DNA of 64,000 bases from Acidobacteriota bacterium. Lineage in GTDB: Bacteria > Acidobacteriota > UBA890 > WLXD01. A model generated the notes under the pieces. It was not told where the DNA came from and did not search any database. It saw only the letters and a list, made by a program, of their open reading frames with translations. Both the position numbers and the translations under genes were made by a program. This document shows positions 49,828 to 59,829 of the stretch, piece after piece (positions within the stretch are counted from its first letter, which is position 1; each line of letters begins with the position of its first letter). The DNA lies in NCBI GenBank assembly GCA_036012155.1, contig DASCOT010000113.1, positions 14,870 through 78,869 on the forward strand. The letters run 5' to 3'.

Positions 49828-50951
49828 TGCGAGTCGCCATAGACGCCCGCAAGATCAACGATTACGGAATCGGCTCATACCTCCGGGGGCTGATCGGGGC
49901 AAGCGCTCAGATCCGGCCCGACTGGCGATTCGTCCTTATCGGCGAGCCCAGCGATGCGCACGAGCTCGACCAACACACCAACATCAGCTGGATCGTCAAC
50001 TCGTCACGAAAGTACGGCCTCGGCGAGCTCATCAGCCTGCCGCGTGCCGTGCGCTCGACGCGAGCCGACGTCTTCCACTCGCCGCACTATGTCGTTCCCC
50101 CCCGCCTACCATGTCCCGCCGTGGTGACCGTGCACGATTGCATCCACCTGCGGTTCCGGGAGCACCTGCCTCGCCCTCTCGGCTTCCTGCCCCGTTCCCT
50201 CAGCTACGTGTATGCGCGCGCCATGATGGGACATGCAGTGGCCCATGCCTCGAGGGTGATTGCAGTCTCCGAGTCGACCGGCCAGGACCTCATCGCGCGT
50301 CTGGGTGTGCCGAGTGACCGCCTGCGCGTGGTGCTCAACGGCGCCAATGAGTTCTGGCACCGGCCAACGCCTGCGCCGCGGGCCGAGGTGATCGCGCGGC
50401 AGCTCGATCTGCCTCAGCAGTACCTGCTGTGGGTCGGCAATCCGAAGCCACACAAGAATCTGGAGCGACTCGTATGCGCATTCGAGCGCCTCGCGCCGGC
50501 GCGGCCAGACCTTCACCTGTTGCTGGCCGGGGCGCAGCCTGGCCAGGTTGAAGGCCTGACGCGCCCGCGGATCAACCCGGAACGGTGCCATGCGCTGGGC
50601 GAGATCAGCAACGAGGCCTTGCGTCTGCTGTACGAGCGCGCCGCAGCGCTGGTGATACCGTCGCTCTGGGAAGGATTCGGCCTTCCGGCACTCGAGGCCA
50701 TGGCCGCCGGAGCTCCGGTGGTTGCTGCGGCCGTGGGTGGAGTACAAGAGGTCGTCGGCGACGCGGGGGTGCTTGTGGATCCGAGTGAAACCGACTCGAT
50801 CGCCGCCGGGATCAGGCGCCTACTCGACGAACCGGAGCTCGGCGAGAAACTGCGACAACGGGGTCGCGAACGGGCCGCAGAGCTGACTTGGCATCGGGCC
50901 GCCGAGGCGACCCTGCACGCTTACTCGGAAGCGGCGGAGAGTACGCCGTGA
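49827..50951 (+). CDS. glycosyltransferase family 4
   Basis: MRVAIDARKINDYGIGSYLRGL...WEGFGLPALEAMAAGAPVV. ATG overlaps the upstream TGA by 1 nt (TGATG). A longer out-of-context upstream ORF extension was ignored. Confidence 0.85.
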   Translation: MRVAIDARKINDYGIGSYLRGLIGASAQIRPDWRFVLIGEPSDAHELDQHTNISWIVNSSRKYGLGELISLPRAVRSTRADVFHSPHYVVPPRLPCPAVVTVHDCIHLRFREHLPRPLGFLPRSLSYVYARAMMGHAVAHASRVIAVSESTGQDLIARLGVPSDRLRVVLNGANEFWHRPTPAPRAEVIARQLDLPQQYLLWVGNPKPHKNLERLVCAFERLAPARPDLHLLLAGAQPGQVEGLTRPRINPERCHALGEISNEALRLLYERAAALVIPSLWEGFGLPALEAMAAGAPVVAAAVGGVQEVVGDAGVLVDPSETDSIAAGIRRLLDEPELGEKLRQRGRERAAELTWHRAAEATLHAYSEAAESTP

Positions 50952-52066
50952 AGACGGCACTCGTCCATGACTGGCTCACTGGGATGAGGGGCGGCGAGAA
51001 GGTCCTCGAGCGCCTGGCGATGATGTTTCCCGACGCTCCCATCTACACCTTGTTCCATCATCCCGAAAGCGTCAGCCGGGCTCTCGAGCAGCACCCCATC
51101 CACACCTCGTTCCTGCAAGCGTTTCCGGCACGGCAGTCGTATCGGTGGTACTTGCCCCTCTACCCCCTGGCGATGCGTTCGCTCGATCTGACGGAGTTCG
51201 ATCTTGTCATCTCGAGCAGTCACTGTGCCGCCAAGGCAGCCGTCAGCCGATCGGACGCCGTCCACATCTGCTATTGCCACACACCGATGCGCTACGCCTG
51301 GGATCAGTTCGACACGTATTTCTCGCCGCAGCGCGTCGGTTGGCTTCGGCACGCGCTGATCCGGCCGACAATGGCCTACCTACGGCGCTGGGATCGTCGC
51401 ACGGCAGCGAGGGTCGATTCCTTCGTGGCGAACTCCGGCTACGTGGCCGACCGCATTCGCCGCCATTACACACGCCAAGCGGAGATAATCCCTCCACCGG
51501 TCGACACTGAACGCTTCACTCCGTCGGGGGCGCCGCCGGACGACTTCTACCTGATGGTCACCGCTCTGAGCCCCTACAAGCGCGTTGACGTGGCCATCGA
51601 GGCCTTCAACCGCATCGGCCGAGAGCTCGTAATCGTGGGGGCGGGCCCAGAGGCTGCAAGGATGCGCCGACTCGCTGGTCCGACTGTGCGCCTGGCGGGA
51701 CGGCTCAGCAGCGTCGAGTTGGCGGATCTCTATCGGCGGTGCCGAGGTTTCGTCCTTCCCGGTGTGGAGGACGCGGGTATCGCACCGCTCGAAGCGATGG
51801 CGTGCGGCCGTCCGGCGCTTGTCCTGGCCACCGGCGGCGCGCACGAGGCGGTCATACCGGGGATCACCGGGCTGCATATCCCACAGCCAACTCCCGAAGC
51901 ACTGATCAAGGTTGTTGACAGCTGCGAAGGGCTCACCTTCAATACAGATGTCATACGTGCCCACGCAGAGAGCTACTCCTTCGATGCCTTCGACCGACGG
52001 ATCTCCGATTTCATCGACCGAACCCTCGATGGAGCTCGAATCCACTCCGTTTCGGACGTCTCATGA
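50948..52066 (+). CDS. glycosyltransferase family 4
   Basis: VKTALVHDWLTGMRGGEKVLE...GIAPLEAMACGRPALV. GTG start overlaps the upstream stop (GTGA). Confidence 0.8.
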   Translation: MKTALVHDWLTGMRGGEKVLERLAMMFPDAPIYTLFHHPESVSRALEQHPIHTSFLQAFPARQSYRWYLPLYPLAMRSLDLTEFDLVISSSHCAAKAAVSRSDAVHICYCHTPMRYAWDQFDTYFSPQRVGWLRHALIRPTMAYLRRWDRRTAARVDSFVANSGYVADRIRRHYTRQAEIIPPPVDTERFTPSGAPPDDFYLMVTALSPYKRVDVAIEAFNRIGRELVIVGAGPEAARMRRLAGPTVRLAGRLSSVELADLYRRCRGFVLPGVEDAGIAPLEAMACGRPALVLATGGAHEAVIPGITGLHIPQPTPEALIKVVDSCEGLTFNTDVIRAHAESYSFDAFDRRISDFIDRTLDGARIHSVSDVS

Positions 52067-52080
52067 AGCTTCTGCCTGAG

Positions 52081-52086
52081 AAGGAG
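52081..52086 (+). promoter_or_regulatory. Shine-Dalgarno AAGGAG for the phosphoglycosyltransferase gene
   Basis: aaggag 8 nt upstream of GTG 52095. Confidence 0.5.
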
Positions 52087-52094
52087 CGCCGATC

Positions 52095-53561
52095 GTGATC
52101 AACCGGCATCGCGCTTCGATTGCAATCGCATTGTTGGTGGCCGACCTCGCTGCAATCAGCGGCGCCTTCCTGTTTGCATATTGGCTGCGGTTCGATTTTC
52201 AGATCGTGCCGGCCAGTGACCTTCCCAGCGACATCCCGACTCTGGGGAGTTATCTCCGCGTGCTGGTGGCAGCGCTGATCATTCTCCCGCTGTCGCTATC
52301 GTCGGCGGCGCTCTACCGGATCCGACGGGCAGATTCGCGCACCGAGACCTACTTCCGCACCGCCGGCGCCGTGATGTTCGGGATCATTCTGGTGGCGGCC
52401 TTCGTTTCTCTGTTCTTTCGACCGACTCAGTGGGTTCCGGTGGTAGTGGGAACCGACACCGCCCTCATGCGGGTGCAGCAGTGGAACGTGTCCCGGCTGT
52501 TCCTGCTGATCTTCTCCACCCTCGCCATGGTTTTGACGGTCGGTGCTCGGATAAGCCTGCAAGCGTGGGTGGATCACATACGCCGATCCGGGCGGAATCT
52601 TCGTCGCATCCTCATCGCCGGTAGCGGCGAGCTGGCCCACAGCGTCATCGACCGTGTTCGACTACATGAGGAGTTCGGGTTCGAGGTGATCGGCATGGTC
52701 ACCGACGACCATGAAGCTGAGGGCTACCGGACGGTGCCCATCGTAGGGGGCCTCAGCGACGTCCCCGACCTGGTCCGCGACCAGGGTGTCCACCAGTTGT
52801 ACATTGCGCTTCCGATGTCATCCCACGAGGAGATATTGGACGTCTGGCGTAGCGTCGCGAACGAAATCGCCGAGGTAAAGGTCGTCCCCGACCTGCTGCA
52901 ATACCTCACCCTCGGTGCCTGCCTGGAGGATCTCGACGGTGTGCCGATCGTCAACCTGTCGCGCATCCACATGGAAGGGTTCGCGGCGGTATTGAAACGC
53001 GTCTCCGACATCCTCGTGTCGGCTGCTTGCTTGATGCTCTTCGCCCCGCTGTTCCCGCTGATTGCGCTGTCGGTCAAGCTTACGTCGCCCGGCCCGATCC
53101 TCTACCGGCAACAGCGCATGGGCCTCGATGGCCGCGCCTTCGACATCTTGAAATTCCGTTCGATGAGCGTCGATGCCGAGAAGGACACTGGACCGGTATG
53201 GGCCAACGAGCAGGACGCACGATGCACGCCGATCGGTGCGCTCCTCCGTAAGCTCAGCCTCGACGAGCTGCCACAGTTCTGGAACATCCTGCGTGGCGAC
53301 ATGAGCCTGGTTGGGCCGCGACCGGAGCGTCCCTACTTCGTTGACGAGTTCCGTCATCGGATCCCGCACTACATGCTCCGCCACCGTGTTCGGGCCGGGC
53401 TAACAGGTTGGGCTCAGGTGCACGGCTGGCGGGGCCGGACGTCGCTCGAGAAGCGCATCGAGTACGACCTTTACTACGTAGAGAACTGGTCGCTGACGCT
53501 TGATCTGAAGATCCTCTGGATGACCGTGGCTAACGGCATGGCACACGAGCACGCGTACTAA
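52095..53561 (+). CDS. polyprenyl-phosphate hexose-1-phosphate transferase (WbaP/WcaJ-type initiating phosphoglycosyltransferase)
   Basis: 488 aa. N-terminal TM helices and C-terminal bacterial sugar-transferase domain ([24 protein letters not shown]). Confidence 0.9.
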   Translation: MINRHRASIAIALLVADLAAISGAFLFAYWLRFDFQIVPASDLPSDIPTLGSYLRVLVAALIILPLSLSSAALYRIRRADSRTETYFRTAGAVMFGIILVAAFVSLFFRPTQWVPVVVGTDTALMRVQQWNVSRLFLLIFSTLAMVLTVGARISLQAWVDHIRRSGRNLRRILIAGSGELAHSVIDRVRLHEEFGFEVIGMVTDDHEAEGYRTVPIVGGLSDVPDLVRDQGVHQLYIALPMSSHEEILDVWRSVANEIAEVKVVPDLLQYLTLGACLEDLDGVPIVNLSRIHMEGFAAVLKRVSDILVSAACLMLFAPLFPLIALSVKLTSPGPILYRQQRMGLDGRAFDILKFRSMSVDAEKDTGPVWANEQDARCTPIGALLRKLSLDELPQFWNILRGDMSLVGPRPERPYFVDEFRHRIPHYMLRHRVRAGLTGWAQVHGWRGRTSLEKRIEYDLYYVENWSLTLDLKILWMTVANGMAHEHAY

Positions 53562-53574
53562 CGAGGAGCGTAGG

Positions 53575-54555
53575 TTGGCACTCGGGGGGAATGCTCGTGG
53601 GACCTCGCGCAAGAAGAGCGCGCTGATCACCGGCGGCGCCGGGTTCATCGGCTCCCACCTCGCCGAGAGCCTTCTCGACGACGGCTACCGCGTCATCGTG
53701 ATGGACAATCTGCTCACCGGTTCGGCGGCGAACGTGGCGCCCTTTGCGAATCGCGACTTCCTCTTCATCGAGCACGACGTCACCAACTACGTATTCGTAG
53801 ACGAGCCACTCGACTACGTGCTCCACTTTGCCTCCCCGGCGTCACCCGCCGACTACCTCAAGTATCCAATCCACACGCTCAAGGTCGGCGCGCTCGGCAC
53901 CCACAAAGCTCTCGGACTGGCGCGCAACAAGGGGGCGCGCTTCATGCTCGCGTCCACCTCCGAGGTCTACGGCGACCCGCAGGTCAATCCTCAGCCGGAG
54001 ACCTACTGGGGCCACGTGAACCCGATCGGGCCGCGCGGCGTATACGACGAGGCGAAACGGTTCGCCGAAGCCCTGACGATGGCGTATCACCGCAGCCACG
54101 GGCTCGAAACTCGGATTGCGCGGATCTTCAACACCTACGGCCCCCGCATGCGCGTTGACGATGGGCGGGCGGTGCCGAATTTCATCATGCAGGCGCTCTC
54201 GGGTGACGATCTGACGGTGTACGGAGATGGACGCCAGACACGCTCGTTCTGCTATGTCGACGACACTGCGCGTGGCCTGCTCACGCTGCTGCACTCCGAC
54301 GTCAACACGCCAGTGAACGTCGGCAATCCGAACGAGGTAACGATCCGACAGATTGCCGAATTAGTGATCGAGTTGAGTGGCAGCAGCAGCCAGTTGGTCT
54401 TCGAAGATCTGCCCGTGGATGATCCCAAAGTGCGGCGCCCGGACGTGAGGCGCATCACCGACGAGCTTGGCTGGAAGCCACAGATCGACCTGCGCGCCGG
54501 CCTGGAGTCCACACTGCCTTGGTTCCGTGGGCAACTGGCTGCGGCTAGCGGCTGA
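53575..54555 (+). CDS. uxs: UDP-glucuronate decarboxylase (UDP-xylose synthase, SDR)
   Basis: 326 aa. [10 protein letters not shown]...STSEVYGDP...YDEAKRFAE with high similarity to the UXS family. TTG start with a GAGGAG RBS 5 nt upstream. Confidence 0.85.
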   Translation: MALGGNARGTSRKKSALITGGAGFIGSHLAESLLDDGYRVIVMDNLLTGSAANVAPFANRDFLFIEHDVTNYVFVDEPLDYVLHFASPASPADYLKYPIHTLKVGALGTHKALGLARNKGARFMLASTSEVYGDPQVNPQPETYWGHVNPIGPRGVYDEAKRFAEALTMAYHRSHGLETRIARIFNTYGPRMRVDDGRAVPNFIMQALSGDDLTVYGDGRQTRSFCYVDDTARGLLTLLHSDVNTPVNVGNPNEVTIRQIAELVIELSGSSSQLVFEDLPVDDPKVRRPDVRRITDELGWKPQIDLRAGLESTLPWFRGQLAAASG

Positions 54556-54619
54556 ACAGCCGCACCAGTAGGGGTGCCCGGCGCGTGGGTCTGCCAGCAG
54601 ACCATCCGGCCGCCGGCGA

Positions 54620-55735
54620 TCAGCCCGTTAGGGCCTCCATCAGAGCGTCGTCTTCGACCGGCACCGACCAGTTGCCATGGCGCTCGCCCATGCGTCCGAT
54701 GTCCTCGGCCAAGGCACAGCGCAGCATGCCACGCCTCGACTTCTTGTCGTGTCGAGCCCCGGCAAGTACGTCGGCAGGGCCACACCCTGTCGGTAGCGCC
54801 ACCGGTAGGCCGGCACGCGAGCACAGGGAGCCGATGCGCTCGGCAAGTCCGGCTGTAGCGCCGACGAGCCGCTCGGCCAGCCTCGCTTCCACCACCATGC
54901 CAATGGCTACCGCCTCGCCGTGTCGCATCGAGTAGCCCTGCGACGATTCCACACCGTGGGCAACGGTATGACCAAAATTCAAGATCTGTCGTCGATTGCC
55001 CTCGCGCTCGTCCTCCTCCACAACCGCCGCCTTGAGGCGCACGCAACGATCAACAATGAGGGCCAGGGCATCGGGGACTTTCGCGAGGCAGGATTCGAGC
55101 AGCCCGTCCTCCAAATCGACGAAAAGCTGATCGTCAAGGATGACGCCGTACTTGATTACCTCGCCCAGCCCGGCCCGCAGCTCCTCGTCGGGCAGCGTCT
55201 GCAACAAGTCCACGTCGGCCAGCACCCGACGCGGCTGCCAGAACGCCCCGATAACGTTCTTGCCGGCCTTTGTATCGACACCGGTCTTGCCACCGACGGA
55301 GCTATCGACCATGGCCAGCAACGTGGTTGGCACCTGCACATACGAAACGCCTCGGTATAGCGTGGCGGCGACGTAGCCAGCAATATCACCGACCACGCCT
55401 CCCCCGAACGCCAGCACCGCAGATTCCCGATCCGCCCCGGCCTCGATCGCCTCGTCCTGCAGCGCCGCGACCACCTCGCGGGTCTTGGAGCCCTCGCCGC
55501 TCGGAACTGTAAGTTCCAGAAAACGCGTTTCGGTCGCTTCGAGAGCGCTGCGCAGTCGATGTCCGTGCAACCCTGCCACCACCTCGTCGGCAATCACCAC
55601 CAATAGGGCCTCGCCACCGACCGCCTCCTGTAGATGCTCGCCCGCCGACCCGATCAACGCACTACCCACGACAACGTCGTAGGCGCGCTCGGCCTCGCCC
55701 GGCAGCGTTACGATGATGCGGCGCTGTTCGCTCAT
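54620..55735 (-). CDS. aroB: 3-dehydroquinate synthase
   Basis: GGGVVGDIAGYVAATLYRGVSYVQVPTTLLAMVDSSVGGKTGV motif. Start set at MSEQRRIIV, overlapping the upstream stop (ATGA). Confidence 0.9.
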   Translation of the reverse strand: MSEQRRIIVTLPGEAERAYDVVVGSALIGSAGEHLQEAVGGEALLVVIADEVVAGLHGHRLRSALEATETRFLELTVPSGEGSKTREVVAALQDEAIEAGADRESAVLAFGGGVVGDIAGYVAATLYRGVSYVQVPTTLLAMVDSSVGGKTGVDTKAGKNVIGAFWQPRRVLADVDLLQTLPDEELRAGLGEVIKYGVILDDQLFVDLEDGLLESCLAKVPDALALIVDRCVRLKAAVVEEDEREGNRRQILNFGHTVAHGVESSQGYSMRHGEAVAIGMVVEARLAERLVGATAGLAERIGSLCSRAGLPVALPTGCGPADVLAGARHDKKSRRGMLRCALAEDIGRMGERHGNWSVPVEDDALMEALTG

Positions 55736-56448
55736 GGCTGACCGAGCGACGCTGCACGGGAGCGCGACAGCGACTCCATCAACAGCACCGCAGTGGCGTC
55801 GAGTATCGGCACCGACGCCGCATCGACATCGACAACGATAGGCAACTCGGTGCACCCCAGGATCACGAGCTCCGCGCCCCCCGCGACGAGCTCGTCTATC
55901 GCGGGCTCAAGCAGCTCCCGCCCGCCAGATTCACCTCCCTTCACGGCGCGAATCGCCGTCATCACCGTGTTCTGAGTCTGCGGCCGCGGCCGCAGTGCGC
56001 GGAGGCCGCGCGCCTCGAGGGCTCGGTCGTACAGGCCGAGGTTGATCGTCCCGCTGGCGGCCAAGAGGCCGGCGATGCCGCCCGACGGCAACACCGACGC
56101 GGCCCGGGCAGCGGTCAAATCGATCATATCTAGCACCTCGATCGCCACCGCATCCCGGATTGCCGCGAGGTAGGCGTGCGCGGAGTTGCAAGGGATCGCG
56201 ATGAAGTCCGCCCCGCCGCGCTCGAGCACGCGGCTCGCTGCTTGGAGAGCCGAGGTAGGATCGGAACCGTCGGCAGTGAGATGCGCGGTGCGATCGGGTA
56301 CCTGGGTCGCATTGTAGAGCAGGCACGGAGGGTGCGACTGATCGCGCGCGGCTGCGACTCGATCCACCAGCTGCTGAAAGAAGTACGCGGTGGCCGCCGG
56401 CCCCATGCCCCCGAGAACACCGATGGTACGCAAGGCTGCATCGCTCAC
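55732..56448 (-). CDS. aspartate/glutamate/hydantoin racemase-family protein (aspartate racemase-like)
   Basis: 238 aa. IGVLGGMGPAATAYFF and a second Cys motif (ILGCTELP). Confidence 0.8.
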   Translation of the reverse strand: MSDAALRTIGVLGGMGPAATAYFFQQLVDRVAAARDQSHPPCLLYNATQVPDRTAHLTADGSDPTSALQAASRVLERGGADFIAIPCNSAHAYLAAIRDAVAIEVLDMIDLTAARAASVLPSGGIAGLLAASGTINLGLYDRALEARGLRALRPRPQTQNTVMTAIRAVKGGESGGRELLEPAIDELVAGGAELVILGCTELPIVVDVDAASVPILDATAVLLMESLSRSRAASLGQP

Positions 56449-56452
56449 GGAA

Positions 56453-57979
56453 TCAGGCCGGCTTGGGGGCGCTGGCGCCGTCGGGTCGCGGTTCCCAACG
56501 CAAGACCGGGTGCCGAGCGGCCCGCGTCTCGTCGAGGCGTCGATGATAGGTCGTGTGCGGGGCGCCCTTTACCAACTCGGCATCGGAGCGCGCCTCTTGG
56601 GCAATCGACAGTAGGGCCTCCACGAACCCGTCGATCTCCTGCAACGACACCGTCTCGGTCGGCTCGATCATCAGCGCTCCCGGTACCACCAGCGGGAAGT
56701 AGACGGTCGGCGGGTGGAAGCCGTAGTCCATCAGCCGTTTGCAGATATCCATTGCCGAGACGCCGTACTCCTTTTGACAGAGGTCAGACAGGACCACTTC
56801 GTGCATGCAGTGCCGATCGTGCCTGAGCTCGTACTCGCCCTTCAGTCGCTCCTTTACATAGTTGGCCGACAGCACGGCATCCTCGGCGATCTGCCGCAGA
56901 CCCTCCGCTCCGTGGGCGCGAATATACGCGTAACCGCGAACCATCATGGCGAAGTTGCCGTAGAAGCCGTGGATCTTCCCAATGCTGTCGGGACGGTCGT
57001 CGTCGAAACCGTAGCTGCCGTCCTCGTTTTGCACTAGCGCGGGACGCGGCCGGAAGGGCTCGAGACGGTTCGAAAGGGCCACCGGTCCGCACCCCGGTCC
57101 ACCGCCTCCGTGCGGCGTTGTAAACGTCTTGTGCATGTTGATATGGAAGACGTCGGCACCGAAATCGCCTGGCCGCGTCTTGCCGAGAATGGCGTTCAAG
57201 TTGGCACCATCGCAGTAAATGAGCGCCCCGGCATCGTGGATGATCCTGGCAATCTCGTCGATGTGATCCTCGAACAGGCCCAGCGTGTTCGGGTTGGTCA
57301 ACATCAGCGCTGCGGTGTGTTCACCAGCTGCCAGTCGTAGGGCATCGAGGTCGATGGTGCCGCGCTCGTTGCTGGGAATCTCGACGGGCTTGAAGCCGCA
57401 CAGGCTCGCCGTGGCCGGGTTCGTACCGTGGGCCGAATCGGGAATCAACACCTCCTGGCGCGACTCGCCCCGCTTGCGATGGTAGGCGGCGATCATCATG
57501 ATCCCGGTAAGCTCGCCTTGCGCGCCGGCGGCTGGTTGCAGTGAGATGTGCGGTAATCCGGTGATCTCCGCGAGAATCCGCTCCAGGCGCCACATGAGCT
57601 CTAGCGCGCCCTGCGAAGCCGCCTCAGGCATATATGGATGCGCCGCGGCAAAGCCTCGCAATCGCGCCACCCGCTCGTGCAATCTGGGGTTGTACTTCAT
57701 AGTGCACGACCCCAACGGGTGCAGACCGCCATCGATGCCGTAGTTGTGTTGAGAAATACGAGTGAAGTGGCGGACGACATCCACTTCGGAGACCTCAGGA
57801 AAACCACCTACCTCGTCTCGCACGAGATCCGGCCCCCAGGCGTCCATCGCATCGATCTCCGGGACATCGAGCGCCGGCAACGAGTAGCCGACGCGACCTT
57901 CGCCACCACGCTCGAAGATCGGCGGCTCTTGCTTCAGTTGTCCCTGGCGGCTTGAGTAGGCCTCTGCGGCGTCGCTCAT
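56453..57979 (-). CDS. gcvPB: glycine dehydrogenase (decarboxylating) subunit 2
   Basis: 508 aa. PLP-lysine region NMHKTFTTPHGGGGPG typical of GcvPB. Confidence 0.93.
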   Translation of the reverse strand: MSDAAEAYSSRQGQLKQEPPIFERGGEGRVGYSLPALDVPEIDAMDAWGPDLVRDEVGGFPEVSEVDVVRHFTRISQHNYGIDGGLHPLGSCTMKYNPRLHERVARLRGFAAAHPYMPEAASQGALELMWRLERILAEITGLPHISLQPAAGAQGELTGIMMIAAYHRKRGESRQEVLIPDSAHGTNPATASLCGFKPVEIPSNERGTIDLDALRLAAGEHTAALMLTNPNTLGLFEDHIDEIARIIHDAGALIYCDGANLNAILGKTRPGDFGADVFHINMHKTFTTPHGGGGPGCGPVALSNRLEPFRPRPALVQNEDGSYGFDDDRPDSIGKIHGFYGNFAMMVRGYAYIRAHGAEGLRQIAEDAVLSANYVKERLKGEYELRHDRHCMHEVVLSDLCQKEYGVSAMDICKRLMDYGFHPPTVYFPLVVPGALMIEPTETVSLQEIDGFVEALLSIAQEARSDAELVKGAPHTTYHRRLDETRAARHPVLRWEPRPDGASAPKPA

Positions 57980-59370
57980 GTCGTCGCCTCCGCGAGGACA
58001 TCTACCATGCGGTCAATCGCCTGCTTGCCATGTACCTCGGTCACGCAGACCAGCAGCTGATCGGCGCGCGCCGCATCGAAGCGCCCGAGGGCCACACCCG
58101 GAATGACGTCACGCGCCAAACACCGATCCACTGCCGCCGCGGCATCGGCACCCAACCGCACGGCGAATTCGTTGAAATGCGGTCCGTCGTACACCGGTGG
58201 CATGCCCCGTGCCGTCAGCGCGTTGCGCGCGTATGTTGCCTTCGCCAGATTGCTGCGGGCGAGCTCGGCGATTCCACTGCGACCCAGGCTGCACATGTGG
58301 ATGCACGCAGCCAGGGCACACAGGGCCTCGTTGGTACAGATATTGGATGTCGCGCCGGCGCGCCGGATGTGTTGCTCTCGCGTCGACAGCGTTAGGACAT
58401 AGCCCTCCTTCCCTTCCTCGTCAATCGTACGTCCCGCGAGACGGCCGGGCAGATTGCGCTTGTCGCCGTCGCGGCAGGCCATGAAGCCCACCAGAGGCCC
58501 ACCGAAATTCATGTCGTTGCCGAAGCTCTGCAACTCGCCAACAACGATGTCGGCGCCCGCCTGCGCCGGCGGTATCGCTAACCCGAAAGCAACGGGCTCC
58601 GTGGTGTTGACCACGAACTTGGCGCCAACGGCCGACGCCCGCGCGCCGGCCACCTGCAGGTCTTCGACAACGCCGAAGAAGTTCGGCTGTTGCACGACCA
58701 GCGCGATCACATCGTCGCCGATCTGATCGAATGTCGTCCGGCCGTGCTCGTCGAGCGGTAGCGCCTCGAAATGGATGTCGTCGATGTATCTGGCGTAGGT
58801 CCGCGCCACTGCTTCGTATGCCGGATGCAACCCCTCCGACAGCAGCACGCGTCCGCCGCGCCGCGCCAGCCGCCGCGCCATGAACACCGCCTCGGCGACG
58901 GCGCTGGCACCGTCGTAGACTGAGGCGTTGCAGACGTCCATGCCGGTCAGCATGCAGACGAGGCTCTGGAACTCGAAGATCGCCTGCAGCGTGCCCTGCC
59001 CCACTTCAGGCTGATAGGGCGTGTAGGCGGTGAGGAACTCCTGACGCTGGATGAGTGCGTCGACGTGGGTTGGCACGAAATGGGGATTGCAGCCGGCGCC
59101 GAGAAAGCTCAGGACACGGCGATCCGCGGCGTTGAGGGCGGCCAGTTCCTCCATATGATCGACGAGCTCGATCTCCGACATCGCAGCCTCGAGATCGAGC
59201 ATCCCTTCGAACCGCGCCACTCCCGGGATCGCCGCGAACAGCTCCTCGACGCCGGCAACTCCGACCGCCGACAGCATTGCTTGCCGGTCAGAGCGTCCGA
59301 GCGATAGATAGCGCCCCCCACCACCCGTGTCGTTGGGCCCGATGAACATCTTCCGCGAAGCGTCACCCAC
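57976..59370 (-). CDS. gcvPA: glycine dehydrogenase (decarboxylating) subunit 1
   Basis: 464 aa, GcvPA-like (FLGAGCNPHFVP...YTPYQPE). 4-nt overlap with gcvPB. Confidence 0.93.
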   Translation of the reverse strand: MGDASRKMFIGPNDTGGGGRYLSLGRSDRQAMLSAVGVAGVEELFAAIPGVARFEGMLDLEAAMSEIELVDHMEELAALNAADRRVLSFLGAGCNPHFVPTHVDALIQRQEFLTAYTPYQPEVGQGTLQAIFEFQSLVCMLTGMDVCNASVYDGASAVAEAVFMARRLARRGGRVLLSEGLHPAYEAVARTYARYIDDIHFEALPLDEHGRTTFDQIGDDVIALVVQQPNFFGVVEDLQVAGARASAVGAKFVVNTTEPVAFGLAIPPAQAGADIVVGELQSFGNDMNFGGPLVGFMACRDGDKRNLPGRLAGRTIDEEGKEGYVLTLSTREQHIRRAGATSNICTNEALCALAACIHMCSLGRSGIAELARSNLAKATYARNALTARGMPPVYDGPHFNEFAVRLGADAAAAVDRCLARDVIPGVALGRFDAARADQLLVCVTEVHGKQAIDRMVDVLAEATT

Positions 59371-59371
59371 G

Positions 59372-59755
59372 CTACGCCTCGATATGCTGCCGGTAGTCGG
59401 CGTTGCTCATCAGCGAATCGACCGACGCCGGATCGTCGAGCTTGATTCGTATCATCCAACCCGCACCGTGCGGATCGTCATTGACCGCCTCCGGAGCGTC
59501 GATCAGAGCCTCGTTGACCTCGATGATCTCGCCGGCGACCGGAGCGTGCAGGTCAGACACCGCCTTGACCGATTCGATTGTGCCGAACACCGCCCCTTGG
59601 TCGTATCGCGTACCGACCTCCGGCAGCTCGACGAAGACCACATCGCCCAGCTCGTCTTGAGCGTGATCGGTGATCCCGGTCGTGCCGACAGCGCCGTCGA
59701 CGGAAACCCACTCGTGCTCCGAGCTGAACCTATATGTATCCGGATAGTCGGCCAT
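59372..59755 (-). CDS. gcvH: glycine cleavage system H protein
   Basis: 127 aa. Lipoyl-lysine motif ESVKAVSDL. Confidence 0.93.
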   Translation of the reverse strand: MADYPDTYRFSSEHEWVSVDGAVGTTGITDHAQDELGDVVFVELPEVGTRYDQGAVFGTIESVKAVSDLHAPVAGEIIEVNEALIDAPEAVNDDPHGAGWMIRIKLDDPASVDSLMSNADYRQHIEA

Positions 59756-59829
59756 GCCCTCTTTCTCTCAGCCGGGCCCCGGCCACGCCGGAGGCTCCGA
59801 TCCGGCGCCGCGTCCGGCGACCCGGGTGA

